Below are positions 36,501-48,500 of a DNA stretch of 64,000 nt, piece after piece (position 1 is the stretch's first letter; each line of letters begins with the position of its first letter). The translations under genes were made by a program, and so were the position numbers. The stretch comes from Phoronis australis (lineage: Eukaryota; Animalia; Phoronida): the NCBI GenBank assembly GCA_002633005.1, contig NMRA01000088.1, positions 870,864 through 934,863 on the forward strand. Reading direction: 5' to 3'. The notes beneath the pieces were generated by a model, which saw only the letters and a list, made by a program, of their open reading frames with translations, was not told where the DNA came from and did not search any database.

Positions 36501-39500
36501 AAGAATGTTTATAACATGAGTTTAACTTGGCCCATACTCTAATACATTTAGGAAACCACTGACAAATAATTTCTTAAATGGATACTAAACCCTGTTTTGA
36601 GGATTTCAACAAATTCTCATTCTGTCACCAGCTAATGCACAATTGGCGTAAATCTTAAAAGGGAAGAAATCAACTAACAACTCATCCTCCCTATGTCACG
36701 GATTGGATATTATGGTCCTTGGTGGGTGGTCTTGTCTCACATCTGCCGTGTAATACGCTAAATGCATAGGTCCCACTTGGCCATTTAGTAGACTTTGAAA
36801 GGAGTTTTCAAATTTTCCTCCAACCTTTTGTGGGTTGTCAAGGGTTACAGAGCATGATTTTGTTTCAGAGAACTGAATGCCTCGAAAGTGGTTTTTGATA
36901 TCTTGTTAATAGGCCAAAACCGGGTTTGGTATCCTTTTAAAATGAAATGAATAGTGGTGGACTTGCTTTAAACCACAAGCTTGGAGAAGAGTGATGTACG
37001 ATAATTACTGACAAGTTTCGAAATGGAATGAATACAGCAATTCATATCAACCATTCCAGATTGAAGCGGGACATGTTAAAAGTTTCAAAGGAATGTGTCA
37101 AAATGTAGCAAGTGTGACAGCAAATTAGAAAATGTGCAAACAGACTTCACCAAATCAATACACTAAAATTAGCAGTTAGTAAATCTGACTCTATTCCACA
37201 CACAACTAGAAATCTGAGGCCTAATCCTGTGTTGGTTTTACACGTACATAAATAACGTTTAAAAGCATTTCTCCCGTTTGAAGTCATATTACAACCGCAC
37301 AGCCTAAGGCAAGCATTACTGAATAGAATGACCATTTCCTGTGTACAGTTTCAGTGGCAAGAGTTGCACAGTTTTGCTTTGTATCCTTTAGAAGGACTAC
37401 TTTCAAGTACTGAAACAAGGTGATGGAACACAGCCTTTCCTCGTTTTCCACTGTCATACTATGTGCAGTATGAAGCCCGTAGATTGCATTTTCTGCTATT
37501 AAAGGGTTGCAAACTTGTTTAGTGTTATGTAGAACCCTAGAAAAATGTGGAAATTTGGCTAACATTGGAAAATCATACATCAGAAATGTCTGATTGGATT
37601 CATATGGACTCTTCTGGTACTGTGCTATGTATACAGTTCTCCAAAACATTAGTCTGAATTGTATTTAAAATGTTTCCCTTTTGTACGAGGCGTTATCAAA
37701 AACGGGGCTTTTATTCGTCAATGATTTCCATGAAAAAAATCAGAAGTTGTACAAAGTGAAAGAGAACAGATATTTTAGAAAACTGTAACAGCGTTACTGA
37801 GATCTCATCATGAAGAATTATATCAAATAACATTCGATCACGTTACTGATATCATTGTTTTGCTGTCAATGTGCCTTTTATCTTTTTGCTAAATTTTAAT
37901 AACAAGACACAGTCACGTAATTCAATCAACGGCAGATTTGTAAAGATTCAAATTCTAAGGCATTATAATTTCAGAAAATACTTTAACCGGGTTATAGTTT
38001 ATCAGATATTCAGCAAAGTCCGCAGACTGGTCAATAATGTCCTACATAATGTTAATCTAAGCAAGTAATAAGTCTATCAATGACACAGTCGAACAGTATC
38101 AAACCAAGGAGTTAAATAATATTAAAGTCAACAAAAAACATAAGCTTTACAAAACTGAGCTTTTGATTGCACTAAATGTCAGATGGTCATTCAACAAAAA
38201 ACAAGCCTACGTTCACACGACACTCTGTGGTTAATTGTTCCAAATAAAACACTTGTAGCAGGGCAAAAAAACCCCGCGACAATCACGTTTTGAACTCATA
38301 TTCACAATCATGCACCTAGAATATCCTACGTTATGCCCATGTGAAAATGCATGCTCAGTCTATGAATTACTTGTAGGGAGTCAGGTGATACTACCAGCCA
38401 ATAAATACACTCAACACGAAATGCAGCACAATTCGCAACTTACTCCACGTGTAGCCATATTCATCTTCCTCTTCACTGTCAGACGACAGGTCAAGGTCAT
38501 CTGTAGTGCTTTCTGTCACGGTGTTCCCAAGGTCAAGGACCTATTAGAAGCAGGAAAGCAGACGTACAGCACGGGATGGATCCACCCAACAAACATTCGT
38601 CAAAACAACGCACTGTGCACAATTATCAGGTTCTGAATCGTCTACATAATGTCAATCGGATGGTAAGGGATGATAAACAAGGAAGGACAGTCATGTACTC
38701 TGTTTGAACAGATGAACCTCTGAGTGTCATAATTAGAGAGGGGCAAAATGTTTACATTAACGTCACATCTTCCACATTTTATCACTATTGCGAGCTCCTC
38801 TTTTATGTATGAAATTTTATAACATTGAGCCCCCGTTAAGTCTCTAAATTAACCGCGTTTCATAAATATTTTCAGTCATATTAAAAATTCAATACAAAAA
38901 TTTACTCTAAGTAAACTATGTACCGAAGCTAAAACTAGACGTAACCATGAAGAAAAAATAGCATAAGACTAGGAGGACAATTAGTGTTTTCATAAAGTCC
39001 ACAAATGCGCTAAAAATTTAGGAAACAGTCGTGTCCCTATTGGGAAAGTTTTAAAAAGCCCTCTAGTTCCTAAATTAGAACTTACTTTTGGCACCTGATC
39101 TTCTTTTTCCTCTTCTATGAACTTGATGCGACTCGGCGTCTCTTGGTCACTCTACATTTGCGAAAATTTGCACAACATCCAAAAATTATTCAGCATATGG
39201 TAAACTGGGAAAGCTAATTGTTTAGTAAGCTTTTCAAATGCAGTCTTCTAATTGGCAATCAAGAATTGTTTATGATAAAGTACAAACTCGCACAAATTTT
39301 GAACAGAAACATCAAGAAAATTGTTAATTAATTTAAATAATTCCTCACGTCAAAGTTTCCGCGATAATGCCTAATGAGCTTATTAAAGGATACAATTCAA
39401 GCTGAATAATGAAAATTATACCGCATCACATGAAATATATCCTTCACTTGACAAGTAAGTAAAACGATTTTCACGCACTCTGCATAAATTATAAGGTGGT

Positions 39501-42500
39501 ATTACGATAAATCACTGACCAAACAGTTATTGCTTTTACATTGTACCAATGGACCCACCACCTGAGATTAGATTTAAAAGTCTAAATTCTGTAAGAGTAA
39601 AGAGAAATTACTCGTATTAAGTACCAATGTTCCATAGTCAACAAATGATAAATGTACAAAGCCCCAAAATCCTCATAAAATAAAACTTTTCAAAATCCAA
39701 AGCAAAAATGAAACAAAACCCAGGAAGGAGGTGTTGAAATTCAAGTTAAGAAGCAATAAATGACAATTCCAGAGGCATTTCATCCATAACCATTTAACAA
39801 AACAGAAATTCAACCGTTATATTTCCTATACCGAGTATCTGTTAGAAAAGGCTAAATGTAAATACCAATTCATTTGGTATTTAAATTAAAATGAAAACAT
39901 CTGCTTTTGAAAACAGTAACCGCGCAAGAGGTGCAGGCTATTAATGAACACCCAAGTGTTACAGTTAAAAGTTCTAAACAGAAAACTAAATGGCGTATGA
40001 AAAATAGGAGAGATAAGAATGTACTACAATGCTACTGAGTGTTAGAAACTGTGCGAGAAGCAGGCTGATCCTTGTCAAGACGTGGTAAGACAACACAGGC
40101 GAGATTGTAGCGGAATTCACACACCAAGAATTTGGTGGCAAAAAAGCACATTCATGCAAACTCTGGAAAACAAAGTGCATAATATATTCACAAAGAAACA
40201 CTAAATTTGTTTTTTCATTTTTTATCTGGTTGTCTTTTGACTAGGATGCGCCTGTACTGATGCTGTCAAAGACAAACCCTTCACAGCCATAGCCAAGCCA
40301 GATTATAAGTCATAGTTAGTCAGTGTTTGCCTTTCCTGACATGTACGTGTCTTCACCAGCTTAAAATGACTTATTTTCAGTCAAAAACAAACTTTTACTA
40401 AGCCAAAAGAATGAAAATTTGCAAAGATAAGGTTTTGTTACAAACCCTTTGAAGAAAATGTTTTAATGCCATGAGAACGAAGTGGAAATATGCCCCCAAA
40501 TATTAATTTATGGTTTATCAAGTTGCAATTTCTTAAAAAGGCAATGAACAGACACAGTTTTGAAGAAAACACAAAATGCCTTGGTTTGATCCTAGGCTTG
40601 TCAAAATGGCTCATCAAGAGCTTGCCACAGACAGCGATCTCCCGCTCACAGTGGAAACGAGGTCGAACCTGATTGACAAGGCTCTGAACAAGAAAGCGAA
40701 CGGGATTGGTTGCCCTTTTGATCACTTCGACGGCTCGGTCGTGCGTGGCATCACGGAGGTCTACGTCGTTGACCTACATGTGAGAGACAGACGGAGAGAA
40801 AGCATAGCAAGCGAGACACTTCAGAGTGAGGACGGGCCACATTCACAACGAACAACAACGACACGTCTAGCAAAGAAGAAGTTAAGACTGGTGTTCAGTG
40901 GACCGTGACTGCAACAACGACCACAACAACAGTAGAACTAATAAAACGATGAAATGTGCAACTGATAACTTCTGACAAGTAAAGTACCATTTATGTCAGT
41001 TTTTCGCATTAACTTTTTTATTTTTACTTTTGACTTGTCTTAAAATATCAAACTCAAATGCTATATAAGCTAGAACTTACACAACGTTGACAAATTTGAA
41101 ACAAAACGCTTAATTTTAGAGCTACACAAGTCGCCTCCTGTCAAAAAAGTTAACTTTTGACACTGACTACTTACAGTACGACAATGGCCACAGCTTACTC
41201 CTCGCTATGATTAGAAGCGATTTCTAGGCTTCAAGAGAACTGAAGGTTGGTTATCACCAGCCACGACAAGCCACACCAGTCCTGCTCACAACCAATAGCA
41301 GACCCACAGTTCTTTCCAAGCCCCGAATCCCGTCCCACCAGAGAAAGGAGCAAGTAGGCAACAGTAACGGTAAGCGTTTAAATCAAAAGTTCATTTCTTA
41401 GTCAAAACGCAGCATGATAACAGCCTCAAAAAACAAACAAGAGTATCAGGGGTCAAATCATAGGTCAGGGGTCAAACCATATAACGGTTCACATCGATGC
41501 ATTAATTAGTGTTGCTGGCTACCTCTGATAGCAGGATTTTTCTACAACTAAAGGAGGACTAGAATACAACAGATCATGCAAGTTGCCTTAATTTACCAGC
41601 AGCACCAAATGTAACCAAAATGATCGAGTATACTGTCGCACTGAAGTTTTCTTTAACGAAGGATCTGAGTAGATTGACACCACCCCCACTTGTACGTGAC
41701 ATTGGTTAAACGCAGCTGACAATTGCACTAGACATTCTCTTAAACTTGCAGTATATTTTTTCATTCTCTAAACAACAATAGGAGCAGAAAACTGAGAATT
41801 TGAGAGCCACTTCAAGACTTGACCATTGCATGAAGTTATCAGTCAGAACTAAGTTAAGTCTTCTTTGTAATACATTTGCTCGATGGAGTAAGCAAAAAAT
41901 ACATTGCAGTATTTTTGATCGAAAACATCAGACTGTGAAGATGCGCTGCACGGACACAACATCACACTAATACAACAAAGACACACTGATCACAGTGACC
42001 ATGGCAACCACATGGGCACCAGGCGCGAGCAGCTCCAACAGTATGCACACATCTAACACAAACACAGCACGCCTACAGAGTGAGACAAGAGACAATATTA
42101 CATATGTCATGCGTCACGTGATAGGCTACCTCCAAGATCTTGTCGCCTGCCTTTAACTGTTTACTTCGTCCCGCTGGGCTGTCTGCCGATACGTTACGGA
42201 TGAGAATGTCTGCCTTGCACTTTTCCGGCGACATGTTGAACATTTCCACTCTACCTCCTTGTAAACAATGAAATGAATGTGTCAGGGTTTGCAAGCAAAT
42301 TAAGAGACATTAAAACAGACTGAAGGAGAGTTTTATACAGCGGAGCTCGCTGATTATTATACCCTTTGTTTCAACATAAATTATAATGAGTGGGATATTC
42401 CATCAAGCAAGCAGGATATTCCATCAAGCAGGTTCCGACTTGGCAATCTAATAAGCCAATCACGCTAAGTGGAGAGTCAGAGAGTAAGACAGCTCAACAT

Positions 42501-45500
42501 GGAACAACCGACTTTTACCACTGGCCCCGAATTCTGATAAGGCAATTGAATTGAACTTAGGTTGTTCGTTTTAGGTGGAAAAGTGAAGGTACGCATGCTA
42601 ATAAGCAGGTGATAATCAACGTTGCTGATTCTTTAATGACAATATCCGAGAACATGACATTATAAGCCGGGTTGGTTTTAAAGACTACTGGTTTCTTGAC
42701 ATTTCATGACAGTAACCTGAACCTTCTATTATACAGTGTAATACTAAGAGGGTTCCACTGTAAAAATGATGAATCGAAGTTAAATACAATTCAGAATGAT
42801 AACAAACTAGATAAAGTCAATCTTTCGACCATTCAATTCGTCAAATGCCTGATGCTCTTAAAGGAAGAAGGGATTATGTAATGTAATCAGGTAGGGTTGT
42901 TAGTAAAACACCTGTTCTAGGCAGAAGGACAGTTTTTACAGTAGACTGATAGACTCATCAGTTGGAGAAACGTCATTCTGCTCTTGAAAGGAGGATGGAA
43001 GGAGACATTCACCCAAGAATTGAAGACCCTCTCACTTGGGGTCTGATATTGGGGGAAAAAGGTGAGAATTACATAATGCAGTCTAGAAAACTTGTCAGTT
43101 GGCCAACCTTGTGTTTTTTGTGGAAGAAAGGCTGAAGAGATTGTCTGCAAGTTTGGATGTCTGCTGCCCTCTCTTGGATGAGTGAAGGAGGCACTTACAG
43201 CAGACTAGTAGATACAGACGTCTGCTTCAGGACAGAGAGAGCAAGGAAATAGCTACTGCAGAATGCCAGACGCATCAGTAGAAAATGTTTGACCATAGGA
43301 TGAGCAAGGAGTACCAGATTTGCTGCAGACTGGTTGACTCATTAATTGCTAAAATGTCCACTGCCCATGGAGAAAAGGTATAAGATATTTACTGCAAACT
43401 AGCAGACACATCAGTAGGTCAAACACGTCTGCTATTGAACGGAGGATCTTCAGCAGAGAAGTTCCCACCAGTTCCAAAAACATCAGATGTTTCAGTGGAG
43501 GGAGGACAGTTTTTCTGCAGCGTTGCAGACATTTACAAGAGAGCTCAAAGACGTCTGCTACCTACCAATAATACTGATTCCCAGACCCTTGCCATCCTGT
43601 CTTTCCAGCTCCACAACTTTACCAGGACCCCAACTCGACCCACTGCCGACTGGTGTTGATGTGAGTGATTTAGGACTGAAACAAAAGGAATTTGACAGTT
43701 CAGTGATTTGATCCACTTCTGTTAGGAAGAAAGAACTCAATAGAATCCAATTTTTACCTTCCCATTGCAAAAGCAATTCAAACTTCAAGTCACATTTCCA
43801 ATTTAACTGAAATTCAAAAGCTAGTACATAGTAAATGGCAAGAATAATCGAACACAGTTACATTTCATCATCATTATTTGGCAACAACTTAACAAGGTCA
43901 AACTTGACTTGGTATTTACTAGTAATTTGAGTTTTATTCGACTCCATCGGTTTGATACGAAATATTTCAAAGCTTGAGTATGGGTATGAAGACTAGCTTT
44001 CTCCTTCTGTTTAAGCCAATTCAGCACGTCTTACACTGCCGGGCAATTTTTGCAAACTTGACCAAACAAACACTGGCTCACAAGGCTAAGCATGCCAGCC
44101 AAACACGATCGGTTACAATTAACACATCCAACATGTCTGTCTCGCACTTTCTAGTGTGAGCTAAATCGTTCACGCCGTGACCTGAAACTCATCGAGCCTG
44201 CTCCGAAGCAACAAAGAACTCTCCCTCCCGAGCTCAGCCATAAGATGAGACCACAGTGGCCTAAATCAAAATCTAGTTCATGACAGAAAGATTGGGTACA
44301 GTGTCGCTGTGCGATTCGCAGTTGTGTGATTCATGAAAATAGCAGCTTAATTAGAACGGGGGCAACAAGTTAATTAATTAAAATGCAACCAGGCAACCAC
44401 TGACATAAGCGCACGCCGAGGTGGGTATTACAAGCGGGGGTATAACCCTGAGTACATGAACAAACCTAAACTAGAAAAGGGAGGCTGAAGAGCACCAAAA
44501 CGCCCCAGATTTCACCTATCTCTTGTTGAATTGAGCGAGCAACACAAAAAGACATTTTCAAGAACGACTTCGCGTAATAAAAGTTTTTGCTTCTAAGCAA
44601 TGCATAGAAACATAATACCAAAAATAAAGTCTGAGAAATATGGCAGTAACTGCGACAACATGCAAAACATCCACAGCCAACGACCTGTATCAAGCTACTC
44701 AAAGGAACGCAATTTGCCCCCTATAAACGAGTAAAATTTTCAACGGGTAAAAGCTGGTGAACAAATAAAACAATTTTCCAAGAACATACAATTATAACGC
44801 AACAGGGACTAGACTATAACTGACACCTGGTGACACACGGGGAGAAAAACCTTACCGGTAGTAAGCAGGGAAGGTCCTGTGGGTACGTGAAACAGTTAAT
44901 AACCAGACAATAACAAGTACGCTACAACATACACTGATACAAGATCAAGGATAAATCAGCCACCAGAGCTCGCCATTTTCCTTTTTTTTTTGAGGACATG
45001 CTTCTCAAACATGCAAGAGGGGACCTCAGTAGCTATTCATTTTAGTGGCTAAGATGTAGAGGTGGAAGGAAGATTATGTTAATAATCTTGAAATTGTGTG
45101 ACCAGTTTGTCAATCAAAAGCCGTGATTGGCCACTACCTGAACCCAGGCTACGGTAATTCTCCACTACTTTAGCACGCTCATCTCATTTCGCACACCTAA
45201 AATTATTCAGAAAAAATTTTTCGTCCAACACTAATTTCGTATGAGGATACATGGCAAGAATTTCTTACCTTATCTAATTTGCACATGGACAGTTTTGTTG
45301 GAAAAGTCGTCTCGTTAATCCAAGTAATACACACTTTTTAATCTGTTTATAAGCCCTAAGTATTATATATGCATCACTTCATTCATCGGTTCTCGTACTG
45401 TGGCAAACATGCAGTGAAAGCAGTTATTGACGATGCTTGGTTACACACTTGTCAACCACCAAGTTTGTAAATTAGTTAATTTCACACAATCCAACTATTG

Positions 45501-48500
45501 GAGAAATGTATTTGATTCATTTTGTGCGAAAGAAGTGAAGAATTACTATACATTAGTGTTACCCGGTGGAATGAAAGGTCAAGGAATTCCCCTTCACCAC
45601 TATGAGAGGCATGGCCAAATAAGTTGGAGATAACCTTTGGCGATTTTAGCAACAACACAGCCAGGAAAGATAATTAGGAGACAATGAACATGGTATGTAC
45701 ACAAACAAGGTTAGAAATGTTTAGCATAGCTTGAAACAACAGATGACAGTAATTTGGACTTCAGCCATAACTCACTGGTGAACCATAGACTTGATGGATG
45801 TAAGACAACACACCACAGAATAAGTAAAGCTTGACACACGCACATAGAACACAATAACTCACACATACGTGGACACAGTTTTACCACTTGACTTAGACAA
45901 CAATTGCTAGCAGCTGCATAGCAGACACTAGTTACTAGTAACTGTTATAAATAATACCTGCAACTAGTTAATTACAACTTGTCATTAAGTGACTAGCAGT
46001 AGTTACAGGTTACTAATAATAGTTACTAGTTAATACGCAATAGTTACTAAGTAAACAAGCAGGACACACCACACACTACACAATGTGAATGACTCAGTCA
46101 CTGACATCAACACACAGAATACAAACTGCAGATTACAGGGGGAAATGTTCTACCCCACACGCCACTTCCCTTACCTAGGGGCTTGCATAGATATGGCGGC
46201 GGGAGCGGGCGGAGACGGCTGGTCGTGTACCGCCTTCTGCAGCATCACCTGAGTCTCCTTGTGCACGGCAGCGTCAGCAGCAGGAATGTAGGTCAGGCTG
46301 AAAGGTAAATGTCAGAGTCATATATGCATGAAGGTCAGGCTGGGCTAAAGGTCGGTCATAAATATATGTAGGTCACAGTGATATATGTAGGACAGGCTGA
46401 AGGGTAAAGGTCACAGTTGTACTACTGCAACATCTCCCACGTCACTAGCTTTGCAAGCGAAGGAAACACATTGCCTGTTACTTAGTGACCAACGTAATTT
46501 CCGAGGTGGAAGCAAGTCAAAATGAATAATTACGTTAAAACTAATTAACATCCTCTGTCATTTTAGTACCTTGGCAGCAAAATTCTAAAAACAACATTTT
46601 TGGAAGGCATTCTTTTATTACTCACAAAAAAGTTTGGCTCACGTCATCATACCAAAATTACAATTCTACACAGCAGAACAGAAGGCAACCACAAGGCATT
46701 GGTCTCAAACCCATGTAATATGGGAATAAACTCCCAGGGACCTCTATCTCATTGATCTCCTACCTAATATCTATGTTGCCAAGCAAAGTGGCCCTTCTCA
46801 AGATGGCGCGAGCCTGAGAGTTGGTGATGTTCTTCATCGACTCGTTGTTCACTGAGATGATGTAGTCGCCCACTTGGACGCGGCCATCTTTGGCAACTGC
46901 GCCTGTTCTGGCGATTGTTTTCACAATACAGCCATTCAAGCCCTTATCAGCAGCATCAACAGTCAGGCCTGAAAAGTAGAGCAGTCAGTTAATGCAGTTC
47001 ACGTTGTTTGTTTGACGCATATACGTGTTTGTCAAATTGGTTCGTACAAAGCAGCATTTATTTTGTTTTTAACACAGTGGATAGGCTGAAAGTTTTGCAA
47101 TGAACTGTTCACAATTCTGTAGCCAGAAGAGCATTTTGAGCACAAGCCATTTTTTGAAGTATTGTTTTCAGATGCACTATACATTTTCACGTCATTTTCT
47201 CCCACAAACGGCTACAGTCCGTTAATGGAAACATAAGCTGCGAAATGATTTCCCTACATGGCGTCATGAAAATTCCCTCCACAAACCATTCTATATTGCA
47301 GAATTTCCTGTGCTTGAACAAGGCCATTCTTGCAAAACTTGCAACCTTTTACACACAGTTAAGTGACCATTGAACAACAGTAAAAGCTTTGACTACAGCT
47401 AAAAGCAGGAGTTGAAATGGCTTCTTAGATTTGTACAGTTTCGTTAGCTAACAACAACAATAGCAATTAATAACATAACAATACCAAACAATTTTGAGCG
47501 CAATTCATGATTCAGGCTACAACATCAGCAGTAAACAAATAATCAGCAAAAAGTGTCCCCGACTCGGGCTCAACTTCAGCCATGTGTCTCGTCATTGCTT
47601 TCAGCCTTGGATACGATGTATGGTAGTTTTTGCTGGTCAAGCAACATGTCACTAACGAAGACTTAAGCTAAAAATGAAACAGTTGACTTGGACGCTGTTT
47701 CATGAAAAATGACGAAGTCAGATATTTTGACATGCACTCCAGCTTCACAATTACAATAAAGTTTTTGCCATGTTTGCACATGGCAGTTTAGAAATAATTA
47801 ATGAAACATCTCTGTCGAGCTACCACTTGTGGTTATATTTTCCAATATCCTGTGCTTTTGCTGAGGAGAGATAAAATTATTTTTCCGCCTGAAAGAGTGT
47901 GGAGCATGGAGTGTGGAGACTGTGGAGCCGAAGACAAAATTTTTTACTAAGCCTTAGGCACAGTTCATCAAATGAGCCCCGCTACATTACGCTCACGTTC
48001 AATCCGATGTAGCTGATTATTTGTTCAGTTTCAATGATTACACAATGATAGGCAATTACTTAAAGACCCATGCAGCACTAATAAGGTCAAGCTAAATCGC
48101 AAACTTCTCACACGACAAATCAATTTAGTGGTAGTGAATCTTCTCATTGACACAATCAATGCCTTTCATTCCGTCCATAGTTTCATCAAGTGTAATTAGG
48201 GACACTAAGTTGCTGTATGAAAACAAGAGCTACGTAGAGTGTTGTGATGAACCCGTGGATGCAACGCCAATGATATGCTTCTAGGGTTGTTTATTAGTGG
48301 CAAGAAAGTAGCCACTTGATGGCAGAGAACACGTCGAACCCGCCGGTAAAGGGAAGGCATCATCTCCCAAACGAAATGCATTTGCCAAATTTCATGAAAA
48401 TCCGCCAAGGAACTCCAAAGATACAGACTCAGAGGCACACGTAAAAATTCAAACTGCCACTAGGAGGCACAACAGTGGTCAGAAACAACTATCTATTGTC

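Noticed and set aside
43190-43560. Degenerate GCAGAC...ACGTCTGCT repeats next to the donor at 43565
   Set aside because: No consistent period, and intron read-through stops immediately (GGT AGG TAG); likely an old satellite.
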